Part shown: piece after piece, positions 31,148 to 41,203 of the stretch
How positions within the stretch are numbered: the stretch's first letter is position 1
How the letters are laid out: each line of letters opens with the position of its first letter
Assembly: GCA_965205675.1 (NCBI GenBank)
Contig: OZ242186.1
Span: 224,001-288,000 of the forward strand
Reading direction: 5' to 3'
DNA from: Nitrosopumilus sp.
Lineage (GTDB): Archaea > Thermoproteota > Nitrososphaeria > Nitrososphaerales > Nitrosopumilaceae
DNA: 64,000 nucleotides
Notes under the pieces: generated by a model
Told to the model about the DNA's origin: nothing
The model's input: the letters and a program-made list of their open reading frames with translations, nothing else
Database searches by the model: none
Made by a program: the position numbers and the translations under genes

Positions 31148-32158
31148 ATGATCACTCAAAATGATCTAGATAATATCGATAAATCTAAAATGTATCAAGT
31201 ATATGATAAATGGCCTCAAATGGCTAAAGAGTCATCTGAATCAATTTTTCAGGAATTTTTCTTTGACGGGATTGATCATATTGTATTTTCTGGAATGGGT
31301 GGCTCTGGTGCAATTGGAGATGTTTTTTCATCAATTCTATCAAAAAGTGACATCCATGTTTCCACGGTTAAAGGATATCTTTTACCTAAAACAGTTGACA
31401 AAAATACTTTGGTAGTAACAACAAGTATTTCTGGTAATACTGCTGAGACATTAACAGTATTATCTTCTGCCCAAAAATTAGATTGTCAAGTAGTTGCATT
31501 TTCATCAGGTGGAAAGATGGAAAAATTTTGTAATAATAATCAAATTAATTACAGGAAAATCAAATCAACTCATTCTCCCAGATCCTCTTTTGTAAATTTT
31601 ACTTTTTCTATGTTAAAAATATTAAATTCAACGCTTTCCATTGAAAAAAATGATATAATAGAATCAATAAATCAACTTGCAAAACTTAAAACAGAAATTT
31701 CTTCTTCTAATCTTTCAAATTCAAATCCTGCATTATCTTTGGCAGACTGGATTTCTGGTATTCCTTTGATATATTATCCTCATGGATTACAATCATCAAC
31801 TATCAGATTTAAATCCTCTTTACAAGAAAATGCAAAGACACATAGTATGATAGAAGATGTAATTGAAACTTGCCATAATGGAATAGTCTCATGGGAAAAA
31901 TCTTCCATTGTACAACCAATTCTTTTACGTGGACAAGATGATTATTCAAAAACTAAAGAAAGATTTGAAATAATTAAAGAATATTTTATTGAAAATAATA
32001 TTGATTTTAAGGAAGTTTGTTCTGTTTCTGGAAATATAATTATAAAATTACTTTCTTTGATCTATTTGTTTGATTATACTTCAATATACAAAGCAATTTT
32101 ATCACATATTGATCCAACACCTGTTAATTCAATTGATTTTATTAAAAGTAGAATTTAG
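31148..32158 (+). CDS. SIS-domain bifunctional phosphoglucose/phosphomannose isomerase-like protein
   Basis: GMGGSG, SISGNTAET, SSGG, SPRS, ENAK and ETCHN motifs. Confidence 0.88.
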   Translation: MITQNDLDNIDKSKMYQVYDKWPQMAKESSESIFQEFFFDGIDHIVFSGMGGSGAIGDVFSSILSKSDIHVSTVKGYLLPKTVDKNTLVVTTSISGNTAETLTVLSSAQKLDCQVVAFSSGGKMEKFCNNNQINYRKIKSTHSPRSSFVNFTFSMLKILNSTLSIEKNDIIESINQLAKLKTEISSSNLSNSNPALSLADWISGIPLIYYPHGLQSSTIRFKSSLQENAKTHSMIEDVIETCHNGIVSWEKSSIVQPILLRGQDDYSKTKERFEIIKEYFIENNIDFKEVCSVSGNIIIKLLSLIYLFDYTSIYKAILSHIDPTPVNSIDFIKSRI

Positions 32159-32194
32159 ATTTATCTAATTATGAAAAACACTCACTAATAACAC

Positions 32195-32404
32195 TATACC
32201 TTGGAGCATAATTCTTTGCAATTTTTCAAAACAAATAGCAATACTTTTTGATCAGTAGTTGGAAATAATTTCATGGACATCACAAATGACGAGTTACTCC
32301 AGGCCTACAAAAAAGAAAAAAATATTCACAAAAAAACAAGATTACATGCAATGTAACTGTCTAGAGTTTTGAGAAAAAATCTCTATAATTACGCAAGAGG
32401 TCTA
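32195..32404. mobile_element. Composite scar: IS630 left end with transposase start, IS66 TIR, and MITE-family TIR
   Basis: TATACC..CATAA.TCTTT resembles the inverse of 710-732; short ORF MDITNDELLQAYKKEK..RLHA; IS66 TIR at 32353-32372; 32368-32404 is the reverse complement of 1330-1366. Confidence 0.8.
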
Positions 32405-32436
32405 TTGAGTTACTTTCCCAAGTACTGTTTAAGGGT

Positions 32437-33279
32437 TTATAGCCATTTTTTTTGATAATTTTCTCTTTCCATCTTGAAAAGAAATTGTTGTGCATATCCG
32501 GCATATGGGCCAAAATAGTTTACAATTTTTTCATGAAGAATTTCATATTGTTTTTCTGTTATAGTTTTAGTTTCAAGTTGGAATTTATTTGAATAGTATT
32601 TTTCTAATATTCTAATCATCCATCTATCTAATGGAAAAGATTCCAATTTGTTTAATGAAAATAATAAAATACAATCAGCAACTTTGTTTCCTATGCCTGA
32701 TATTAAACAAAGTTCGTTCTTTGCCTCTTGATAATTAGCTTTTTTCAAGTATTCGAAATCAATTTTTTTTAACATTGTTTTGGTTGCTGCTTCTTTGATA
32801 AATCTTGCACGATAACCTACTCCACAATTTTCAATTTCAGTTATTGATGCTCTAGCAAGTTTTTCTGGTTTTGGAAATAAAAAAAACTTCTGATTTTCAA
32901 ATCTAACTTTAATCCCAAATTTTTTTGATAAATTTTCCAAACTATTTTTTATTTTTTGAATATTAGAATTTGAGGATACAATAAATGAAATTAGACATTG
33001 GAAAGGATCTTGTTCTAATATTCTCAAACCCACATATTGTTTTACAGCATTTCTGGTAGTTTTATCTTTTGAAATTGATTTGATAATTTTTTCAATATTG
33101 TCTCTTTTTCGAAAAAAATCTATTCTGATATTTTGATGTGATGTAATTTCCCCCATATCATTTATTCTTAAAACATCCTGACCGTTAACCCCATACCAAT
33201 AATCTTCATTTTTTCTCCAAAGAAATACTTGACCACTATTAATCGAATTTTCAACATTTATGGTTTGATTATTTTGCAT
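32437..33279 (-). CDS. 8-oxoguanine DNA glycosylase (OGG1-type, HhH-GPD)
   Basis: SGQVFLW, DPFQCLISFI, GIGNKVADCILLF, FPLD and AGYAQQFLF motifs. Confidence 0.92.
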   Translation of the reverse strand: MQNNQTINVENSINSGQVFLWRKNEDYWYGVNGQDVLRINDMGEITSHQNIRIDFFRKRDNIEKIIKSISKDKTTRNAVKQYVGLRILEQDPFQCLISFIVSSNSNIQKIKNSLENLSKKFGIKVRFENQKFFLFPKPEKLARASITEIENCGVGYRARFIKEAATKTMLKKIDFEYLKKANYQEAKNELCLISGIGNKVADCILLFSLNKLESFPLDRWMIRILEKYYSNKFQLETKTITEKQYEILHEKIVNYFGPYAGYAQQFLFKMERENYQKKWL

Positions 33280-33280
33280 T

Positions 33281-34546
33281 TTAGATGATTATTTCATCAT
33301 TTACTGCAGGTGAAAATGTTTCAAGACCAAATTTTTCATGAATTTCTCTTGCAAACATTTCACATGATTCTGAGTCGCCATGAACAGTACATACCTTTGG
33401 ATTTCCTTTAATCTGCTTTATCATATCAAATAGCTCTTTTCTATCTGCATGGCCTGAAAATTGAAATTGTTTTACTTGTGCTGTGACATTAAGATCTTTT
33501 CCTCGAGTTGAAACCATTCCTGTATCTAGTAATTTTTTTCCTGGAGTGCCTTCTCCTTGATACGAAACAAGGGCAATCCCATTTTTATTATCAAAAGATA
33601 GTTGTTGCAAATAATATACTGCATTACCTCCTACTAACATTCCAGCTGGAGATATCACTACACAAGGCTCTCCCATCGCTCGTTTTCTTTCAGCGTGTTC
33701 TCTTACTGCCGTTGCACTCTTGATTGCCTCAGAAAAAACTTTAGGATCTCTAAGGTATTCTGGATGTTTAAACATTATCTCATTTACTTTGAGTGCCATT
33801 CCATCCATTATGATTTTATGCTTGAAATTTGAACTTCGTAGAATACAAGCAATTTCTTGTGAACGTTCTACAGAAAATGAAGGAATGAATAATATTCCTT
33901 TTCTATCCATCACCTCATTTGCAAATTCTATTAGTTCTGCCTCTGATTCTTTTCTTGGTTTCTGTTCTGTCTTTGCATAGGTACTTTCAGTAATTAACAA
34001 ATCAATTTCTCCAACATCCAAATCCATCTCTCGAAGCATTCTAGAGCCATTTGTTTTAATATCACCTGTGTAGAAAAGACGTTTTCTCTCTGATTCTACT
34101 AATACTGTACTTCCGCCTATTACATGTCCTGATTCTCTTAACTCAAATGTAGTATTTCCTTTGGTAATTTTCTGTTTAAACCCTACTTCTTTGGCATTTT
34201 TCATCATGTTATTTACTTCTGGTAAATCAAATGGATGTGAATTTTTTTCAATTTTTAGCATATCCTCAATCAATAATTTTGAGAGATCAAATGTTGGTGG
34301 TGTAGCATATACATCTGTATTACCACTTACAAATAGAGATGGGACATTTCCTGAATGATCTAAATGAGCATGAGTAATAATGATTGCATCCAAATCTTTT
34401 GGTTTTACGTGTAGTGGGTATTGTGGAGGAGATCCTCTTCTTCCAAACATTACTCCATAATCCAACAATAATTTAGTTCCATTACAATCAACCAAAAACC
34501 CCGATCTGCCAACCTCGTTTGCAGCTCCTAAAACTTTAACATTCAA
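33281..34546 (-). CDS. beta-CASP metallo-beta-lactamase ribonuclease
   Basis: HAHLDH, GH..GS, ESTY and FSGHAD motifs. Confidence 0.92.
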   Translation of the reverse strand: MNVKVLGAANEVGRSGFLVDCNGTKLLLDYGVMFGRRGSPPQYPLHVKPKDLDAIIITHAHLDHSGNVPSLFVSGNTDVYATPPTFDLSKLLIEDMLKIEKNSHPFDLPEVNNMMKNAKEVGFKQKITKGNTTFELRESGHVIGGSTVLVESERKRLFYTGDIKTNGSRMLREMDLDVGEIDLLITESTYAKTEQKPRKESEAELIEFANEVMDRKGILFIPSFSVERSQEIACILRSSNFKHKIIMDGMALKVNEIMFKHPEYLRDPKVFSEAIKSATAVREHAERKRAMGEPCVVISPAGMLVGGNAVYYLQQLSFDNKNGIALVSYQGEGTPGKKLLDTGMVSTRGKDLNVTAQVKQFQFSGHADRKELFDMIKQIKGNPKVCTVHGDSESCEMFAREIHEKFGLETFSPAVNDEIII

Positions 34547-34659
34547 GAATTAAAATGAGTTTTCATCCATGTTAAAACCTTCTTAGAGACAAGCCGATCA
34601 TTATGCCTGTGGTGGAATCTACACAAGCTTTAATTAGTGTAAGCTAAGATTCGATCCTC

Positions 34660-34872
34660 ATGGGAAGAAGCTTCCAAGAATGGTTAGGACAACAAGATCA
34701 AGCCGTCGTCGCTAAAACACGTGCTGGTGACGAAGCAAATAAACCACTCCTTAACCAAATTAACTGGATTTGGGTTAACAATCTGATGAATCAGAAAGCA
34801 GACCTTAATCCTTCTTCAGCAGAACTACTTGACTGGGTTACTTCTGGTCAAATAGACGCAATGAGAAAATAA
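34660..34872 (+). CDS. Small hypothetical protein, 70 aa
   Basis: Clean ORF with TATA-like TTTAATTA about 25 bp upstream and a T-rich tract after the stop. Confidence 0.75.
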   Translation: MGRSFQEWLGQQDQAVVAKTRAGDEANKPLLNQINWIWVNNLMNQKADLNPSSAELLDWVTSGQIDAMRK

Positions 34873-34949
34873 ACGTGGATAACACGTTATCTTTTTGTTT
34901 TTTAATTTTTTCCGATATGGATTCTGCGCATGGATTGTAATCGATCATT

Positions 34950-34988
34950 TTCATAACAGGGTTATGAATTTCAATCATGGTTTAAATA
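34950..34988 (+). promoter_or_regulatory. Palindromic operator candidate plus TATA box of the ferredoxin gene
   Basis: TTCATAAC-AGG-GTTATGAA (34950-34968) and TTTAAATA (34981-34988), ending about 25 bp before the ATG. Confidence 0.5.
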
Positions 34989-35013
34989 GGCACTAAGCAA
35001 TCTTAACATTGTA

Positions 35014-35316
35014 ATGCCAATAGCAATACTTCCAGACATTGATGAACAAAGATGTATCGGATGTGCACTATGTGTAGAAATCTGTACAACTCTTGGTCCA
35101 GATGTCCTTAGAGTAAAACCAGTTGAAGGCTGGAAGAGAGGTAAAGCATTTGTCTTTTACCCAGAAAGATGTATTTCTGATGGTGCATGCATCGGTGTAT
35201 GCCCAACAAAATCAATCTTTTGGATGAGACCAATGAATTACACTGCTGGACAACCAGTGCCTCTTCACAAAAACGGTATCTTCATCAAAGGTTGGGCAGA
35301 AGACGCCGCATTATAA
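35014..35316 (+). CDS. Dicluster [4Fe-4S] ferredoxin
   Basis: CIGCALCVEIC and CISDGACIGVCP motifs. Confidence 0.92.
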   Translation: MPIAILPDIDEQRCIGCALCVEICTTLGPDVLRVKPVEGWKRGKAFVFYPERCISDGACIGVCPTKSIFWMRPMNYTAGQPVPLHKNGIFIKGWAEDAAL

Positions 35317-35355
35317 GCAGGCATCTTTTAGCACATTCTTTTTTCTTATTTTTAA

Positions 35356-36885
35356 TCACACAAAAGATCTTTTCTTGATCTCTTTTGGTAAAACTTTGAC
35401 GAATTGTTTGAGGAATTTATCTTCTTTATCGTAATATACTTCTAAAAATTTGTTATTTGTAAAAAAGTCACTCCATGTTTTTTCAAATGTGGGAAATTCA
35501 TTTGGTTCAAAATTTACTCTGGCAGTTTCATGATGTGCTGTTGGAAAAATATCTGAAATTTCAATTGGTATTAATCCTAGTATTGGATTGTATTGACAAA
35601 TTTGGAATGAGTCAAAATCTTTGAGTTTTTTTCCTAGTCCAATATACTGACGAGATAAATATCCTGGCTTTGTACTGGACTCTTTTGTAATGATTAATTT
35701 CTTTTTCTTTGATCTGAATCTTCTAACTGTTTTATGAAATGATTGAACTTCTGGTCTGTATTGATCTTCTCTGTCAAATAAGAAAATTGCTCTTTCTTTG
35801 AATTTAGGAGTGCTTAATCCTAAAAATTCATAATTTTCAGTCATTACCTCAATCATTTCAAATAGTTTTGGATGGGCCCTGGCCTTTTTAATTACATATT
35901 CCCATAATCTTCCTTCGTGGATTGCTTGTTTGACTTTATCTACTTCTAGTTTAATTGCACACAAATTATGAATTGCCAATTCGTTGATTTTTTCAATAGC
36001 CTTTAATTGACGAAACTCATCTGGGGTATATTTTGAACATATCTCACAATTACATGGGAATACGGAAATATCTGATAAATAACGAGTACCATCATCTGTA
36101 ATGTATCTTAATTGTTTAGCATATAACATGTAAGATGCTGAATCAAATGTGTCACATCCTAAGGCTATTGCAAATGGAATTGTAAGGGGATGACCTGCAC
36201 CAAAAAGATGCAATGGAATTGAATGTGGTATTTGTTTTTTTGCAGCCACAATCATCTGTGCTAATAACCTATACTCGTACGATTCCATAAATTCAACTGG
36301 GCTTCCTAATGCTAACATTTGAAATCCCATCCTGACTAAACTTTTTGCAGATTTTCCAACGAGCTCAAAATGCTCTCCTCCTTGAATTGGACCTATCCAA
36401 ATTTGACCATTATTTGCACTATTACCAAGTGTTTGTTTACAAACATTTAGAGTATGTTTGACGTATGCTTCTGCTTTTTTAATCGGCATTCCATATCCTG
36501 TTGGCTTGTCAAGTGGAATTGCAAAATCAGTTAAGATGCCTTTTTCAAAATTTGCCATATCTGGCGGTAATACATCTACATCCCCATATTCAAGAACTTG
36601 ATATCCTCCAGAATCTGTCATGATTCCTCCGTCAAAATCAATTATTTCGTGTATTCCTTTTTTAATTGCCTTATCGCCATAATTGTTTCTTGTAATGTAT
36701 GCATTAGTAATTACTAAATCAAAACCAATCTCTCGAATTTTTTTAGATGGAATTGTTTGTTTAACTGGATGAATAACAGGAACGTATGCAGGAGTCTCAA
36801 TTTTACCATGATTGGTATAAAGAGTGCCGATTCTTCCAGCTAAATCTGTTTTAGATATTTCAAACAAGTAATTACATCCATTCAA
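35356..36885 (-). CDS. tgtA: Archaeosine tRNA-guanine(15) transglycosylase
   Basis: MTDSGGYQ, HLFGAGHP, FDSASY and CNC..C zinc site. Confidence 0.93.
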   Translation of the reverse strand: MNGCNYLFEISKTDLAGRIGTLYTNHGKIETPAYVPVIHPVKQTIPSKKIREIGFDLVITNAYITRNNYGDKAIKKGIHEIIDFDGGIMTDSGGYQVLEYGDVDVLPPDMANFEKGILTDFAIPLDKPTGYGMPIKKAEAYVKHTLNVCKQTLGNSANNGQIWIGPIQGGEHFELVGKSAKSLVRMGFQMLALGSPVEFMESYEYRLLAQMIVAAKKQIPHSIPLHLFGAGHPLTIPFAIALGCDTFDSASYMLYAKQLRYITDDGTRYLSDISVFPCNCEICSKYTPDEFRQLKAIEKINELAIHNLCAIKLEVDKVKQAIHEGRLWEYVIKKARAHPKLFEMIEVMTENYEFLGLSTPKFKERAIFLFDREDQYRPEVQSFHKTVRRFRSKKKKLIITKESSTKPGYLSRQYIGLGKKLKDFDSFQICQYNPILGLIPIEISDIFPTAHHETARVNFEPNEFPTFEKTWSDFFTNNKFLEVYYDKEDKFLKQFVKVLPKEIKKRSFV

Positions 36886-36898
36886 AGGCGTTATTTAA

Positions 36899-37447
36899 TC
36901 AATCAACAAAAAATTTCCCTAAATCATTATTTTCTTTCACTAATTCTAACCAGTCTACTTCTTCATTACCTCTCTCATTCATGATTACTTTTATTGTGTT
37001 CTCTACAACTTCTATAATCGTCTTTTCACTTACATTAATTTGAAATATTTTTTCTTCAAATTTATTTATTGCATCATTAGTGATAACTCCTAAAATTTCA
37101 CTACCTATATTTTCAATAATTTTTTTTTCTGAATATTTTCTATCTTTATAAACTGAAATCAGATCATATGGATTTCTTCTTAACACGATCATTATCTTTA
37201 CTTGTTCTTTTTTTAAAACATATGGTGCTAAATGTCCCACAATTACATTGTTCTTAGATGTTTTCTGTTTTAGTATTTTTTCAAGTTCTTCAACATCTAT
37301 GTCGTTTGTATCATTATTTCTTTTAAATAATCCTGAATCTTTTGCAATTTTGTTGATATCTATGATTGATAATTTCATTCTCTTGGAAATTTTTTTTGCA
37401 AGTGTGTGTTTTCCAACTCCTGGATTGCCTGTGATTACTATTGACAT
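36899..37447 (-). CDS. Adenylate kinase AK6/Fap7 family
   Basis: ITGNPGVGKHT P-loop, hhhGH motif and C-terminal VDW. Confidence 0.85.
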   Translation of the reverse strand: MSIVITGNPGVGKHTLAKKISKRMKLSIIDINKIAKDSGLFKRNNDTNDIDVEELEKILKQKTSKNNVIVGHLAPYVLKKEQVKIMIVLRRNPYDLISVYKDRKYSEKKIIENIGSEILGVITNDAINKFEEKIFQINVSEKTIIEVVENTIKVIMNERGNEEVDWLELVKENNDLGKFFVD

Positions 37448-37520
37448 TATATGAAATTCCGATTAATTAGATTAAATGATTTCTGCAATACTAATAAGTA
37501 GAATTGAATTTTTGAGAGTA

Positions 37521-38708
37521 TTGCAAATTGGTTTATTAGGAAAAGCAAATGTTGGAAAGTCAACCTTTTTTTCAGCTGCTACTGAAACTTTAGTCGCCTC
37601 GGGAAATTTTCCTTTTACTACAATTGATCCAAACATTGGAGTAGCATATGTTAACGTCAATTGTGCTTGCAAACATTTTGAAATTAAACATCAAACTGAA
37701 TTATGTGTAAATGGCACACGTTTTATTCCTGTAAAACTAATTGATGTTGCTGGATTGGTTCCAGGAGCACATGAAGGTAAAGGATTGGGAAATCAATTTC
37801 TTGATGATGCAAGACAAGCTAAAGTCTTAATTCATGTAGTTGATATTGCAGGAACAACTGATATCCAAGGTCAACCTGTTTCAGTTGGAAGTCATGATCC
37901 TTTAGAAGACATTGCTTTTGTTCAAGATGAATTTGATCAATGGTTTACAGATATTTTAAGACGAGAATGGGATAAAATTACCCGTGAAATAGATCAAAAA
38001 CGTGCGAAACTAACTGATGGTATTTCAAAAAGATTTTCAGGATTGAGCATTAAGGATTTTCAAGTTCAAGAAATTCTCCAAAAATTAGGATTCATGGCTA
38101 AAAATCCAAAAGAATGGTCACAAAATGATATTGAAATTTTTGCAAAAGAATTACGTAATAGTACAAAACCTATGGTTATTGCAGCAAACAAAGCAGATCT
38201 TTGTAAAGATCTTGATATAACCAAACAAATTTCTGAGAATGTAATTCTATGTAGTGCTGAAACTGAATTACTCTTGCGTAAAGCTTCCAAAGCTGGCATT
38301 GTAAACTATTCTCCCGGCGATGAAGGATTTACTCCTGTTGATGGAAAAGAAATACCTCCACCACAACAAAAAGCTCTGGATTTAGTAAAATCTGTTTTTT
38401 CAAAAATTAATTCAACTGGAATTCAAAGAATTTTAAATACTGCAGTTTTTGATTTATTACAATTTATCGTTGTATATCCTGTTGAGGATGAAACAAAACT
38501 TACAAACAAAAATGGAGTTATTCTGCCTGATGCAAAATTAATTCCACAAAACTCTACGGCCAAAGATTTAGCAAGTTTAATTCATGCAGATATTGCAAAG
38601 GGATTTTTACATGCTATAGATTGTAAAACTAAGCAAAGAATCAGTGGAGATCAAAAACTCAAAAATGGCGATGTAATCAAAATTGTTTCTACATCAAGTC
38701 ATGGTTGA
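37521..38708 (+). CDS. Obg-family YchF-like translation-associated NTPase with TGS domain
   Basis: GKANVGKST, FPFTTI, DVAGLVPGA..G.GLGNQFL and NKAD motifs. Confidence 0.92.
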   Translation: MQIGLLGKANVGKSTFFSAATETLVASGNFPFTTIDPNIGVAYVNVNCACKHFEIKHQTELCVNGTRFIPVKLIDVAGLVPGAHEGKGLGNQFLDDARQAKVLIHVVDIAGTTDIQGQPVSVGSHDPLEDIAFVQDEFDQWFTDILRREWDKITREIDQKRAKLTDGISKRFSGLSIKDFQVQEILQKLGFMAKNPKEWSQNDIEIFAKELRNSTKPMVIAANKADLCKDLDITKQISENVILCSAETELLLRKASKAGIVNYSPGDEGFTPVDGKEIPPPQQKALDLVKSVFSKINSTGIQRILNTAVFDLLQFIVVYPVEDETKLTNKNGVILPDAKLIPQNSTAKDLASLIHADIAKGFLHAIDCKTKQRISGDQKLKNGDVIKIVSTSSHG

Positions 38709-38709
38709 T

Positions 38710-39693
38710 ATGTTAGGTCTGGGAATTGAGAGTACAGCTCATACATTTTCCTGTGCTATAATTAAAAAAAATGGAAAAAAAGGAAAAATCCTTTCAGATA
38801 TTAGAAAAATTTATCGTCCTGCGGAAGGTGAAGGAATTCATCCTCGTGAAGCATCTAGGCATCATATTGAGAATAGTTCAGTAGTATTATCTGAATGTCT
38901 ACAAGAAGCAAATGTAACTGTCAAAGATTTAGATATTGTTTCTTATGCCGCAGGACCTGGTTTGGGTCCATGTTTACGTGTAGGTGCTGTAGTTGCAAGA
39001 TCTTTGTCATCTTTTTACAACATTCCAATATATCCAGTTAACCATGCAATAGGGCACATTGAATTAGGAAAACTGTTAACTGGCTCAACTAATCCTTTGG
39101 TACTTTTAGTTTCTGGTGGTCATACAATGCTTTTGGCTTTTCTGAATAAACAATGGAGGGTGTTTGGAGAAACTTTGGATATTACTCTGGGGCAGTTACT
39201 TGATCAATTTGGACGTTTCATAGGTTTTGCATCTCCATGTGGAAAAAACATTGAAGAATTGGCAAACACTTCTTCTAATTACATAACTTTACCATATTCT
39301 GTTAAAGGAAATGATGTATCTTTTTCTGGATTATTGTCTGCAACTAAATCCATATCTTCAAAAAATAAGATTGATGCATGTTATTCACTTCAAGAAACTG
39401 CGTTTGCCATGATCAGTGAGACAGTAGAACGTGCTTTATCATTTACAAGAAAAAAGGAATTAATGATAGTGGGAGGAGTTGCTGCTAACAAACGACTATC
39501 CGAAATGCTAAATGATGTGTGTAAGCGACATGGTTGCAAATTTTTTGTAGTTCCATTAAAATATGCTGGAGATTGTGGAAGCCAAATATGTTGGACTGGC
39601 TTATTGGAATCTCAAATAAAACAAGGTGTTCCAATAAAAGATACGTTTGTTACTCAGTCTTGGAGATTAGATTCTGTTAAAGTTGAATACTAG
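38710..39693 (+). CDS. kae1: KEOPS t6A synthase Kae1
   Basis: LGIESTAH, NHAIGH, LVSGGHT and GGVAAN motifs. Confidence 0.95.
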   Translation: MLGLGIESTAHTFSCAIIKKNGKKGKILSDIRKIYRPAEGEGIHPREASRHHIENSSVVLSECLQEANVTVKDLDIVSYAAGPGLGPCLRVGAVVARSLSSFYNIPIYPVNHAIGHIELGKLLTGSTNPLVLLVSGGHTMLLAFLNKQWRVFGETLDITLGQLLDQFGRFIGFASPCGKNIEELANTSSNYITLPYSVKGNDVSFSGLLSATKSISSKNKIDACYSLQETAFAMISETVERALSFTRKKELMIVGGVAANKRLSEMLNDVCKRHGCKFFVVPLKYAGDCGSQICWTGLLESQIKQGVPIKDTFVTQSWRLDSVKVEY

Positions 39694-40013
39694 CTTTTAT
39701 TCTCACTAATAGCTCCATCAATTGTTTTAACCCAATCTTTAGTATTGAAAACTCCAAACTTGAAAGTTTGTTCTCCTTTCTCTGTTTTTGCTGTAAAACA
39801 TACTTTTTTCATTAGCAATCCTTCTTTCCATGTTTTTGTTATTTTATCTAATGTAGTATCTAATACAGTTTCTCCAAAATGTTTAGAAAAATCCATTATT
39901 CTTGCATTAGTTTTATCAAAAGCCAATCTTTTGTTTGTCAATGTTAAAATTCCTGCACCTAACTTGTCTTCACTACAATCTTCTTGTTTGATTCTTTTTT
40001 CTCCTTCATCCAT
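39690..40013 (-). CDS. Small PH-like domain protein
   Basis: G.LTLTNKRLAF beta-strand motif and C-terminal W-containing helix. Confidence 0.55.
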   Translation of the reverse strand: MDEGEKRIKQEDCSEDKLGAGILTLTNKRLAFDKTNARIMDFSKHFGETVLDTTLDKITKTWKEGLLMKKVCFTAKTEKGEQTFKFGVFNTKDWVKTIDGAISENKS

Positions 40014-40050
40014 GATTAATTTTTATTGAATTCCTTTGGATATAATGTTA

Positions 40051-40671
40051 ATGAAATTAATCAAAAAAGGAGCTGAAGCCGACATATATCAAACTAAATG
40101 GCAAAATTCTAATGCAATATTAAAAATTAGAAAAATCAAAACTTATCGAAATCCTTCATTAGACTTAAAAATTCGTAAGCAAAGAACAATCAAAGAATCT
40201 CAAATGCTTTCACATGTAAAATCTTTTGGAATTCCCACTCCTCTTGTTTATTTTGTAAATTTAAAAAAAACATCAATAATGATGCAAGAAATTCCTGGAA
40301 AACCTGTTCATGACTTGTCTGATTCTAAAATTATTAAGCTATCAAAAAATATTGGTAAACTAGTTGGCACTTTACACAAAAATGGAGTAATGCATGGAGA
40401 TCTGACAACTTCAAATTTTATTTTATTTCACAATACTGTATTTGTAATTGATTTTGGATTGTCTCAAATCTCAGTAAAACCTGAAGATCATGCTGTTGAT
40501 CTAAGATTAATCAAGGAAATTCTCAACAGTGCACATGCTAAAATTATGCAGTATTCATGGAAAAACTTCCTAAATGGATACAAATCCATAGTTGGATATG
40601 CATACTATACTCAAATAACTAAATTAGTTTTAGAGATTGAGAGTCGTGGTAGATATGCACAAGTCATTTGA
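40051..40671 (+). CDS. bud32: KEOPS kinase Bud32
   Basis: KGAEA, HGDLTTSN, IDFGL and AVDL motifs. Confidence 0.95.
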   Translation: MKLIKKGAEADIYQTKWQNSNAILKIRKIKTYRNPSLDLKIRKQRTIKESQMLSHVKSFGIPTPLVYFVNLKKTSIMMQEIPGKPVHDLSDSKIIKLSKNIGKLVGTLHKNGVMHGDLTTSNFILFHNTVFVIDFGLSQISVKPEDHAVDLRLIKEILNSAHAKIMQYSWKNFLNGYKSIVGYAYYTQITKLVLEIESRGRYAQVI

Positions 40672-41203
40672 TCTATTTTTTGTATCTTCAAATATTAACA
40701 AATATCATGAAGCTAAAAATATTCTAGATTGTTCTGGAATTAATCTTGGATTTTTAAAATCCGATCTAGAAGAAATCCAATCAAACTCCCTTCATGATAT
40801 TGCATTAAACAAAGCAAGAGATGCATTTTCTAAATTCAAAAAACCCATCATAATTGAAGATGATGGCTTGTTCATTGATTCTCTTGAAGGTTTTCCAGGT
40901 CCTTACTCATCATATATTTTTAAAACAATCGGAAATAAAGGAATTCTTAATTTGTTAAAAAATAACAGAAAGGCAAAATTTATCTCCATTATAACTTATT
41001 GCGATAAAACAATTCTAGAATCTTTTGATGGAAAACTAAATGGAAAAATATCTAGAATTCAAAAAGGAAAAGGTTGGGGATATGATCCTATATTTGTTCC
41101 AAATAATTCAAAAAAAACATTTGCTGAAATGAATGTCAAAAATGAACTATCTCATAGATACAAAGCGTTAAGAAAATTTTCTAAATGGTATTTGCATAAG
41201 TAG
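40655..41203 (+). CDS. rdgB: RdgB/HAM1 non-canonical purine NTP pyrophosphatase
   Basis: EDDGL, GFPGPYS, GWGYDPIF and KNELSHR motifs. Confidence 0.93.
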   Translation: MHKSFDLFFVSSNINKYHEAKNILDCSGINLGFLKSDLEEIQSNSLHDIALNKARDAFSKFKKPIIIEDDGLFIDSLEGFPGPYSSYIFKTIGNKGILNLLKNNRKAKFISIITYCDKTILESFDGKLNGKISRIQKGKGWGYDPIFVPNNSKKTFAEMNVKNELSHRYKALRKFSKWYLHK

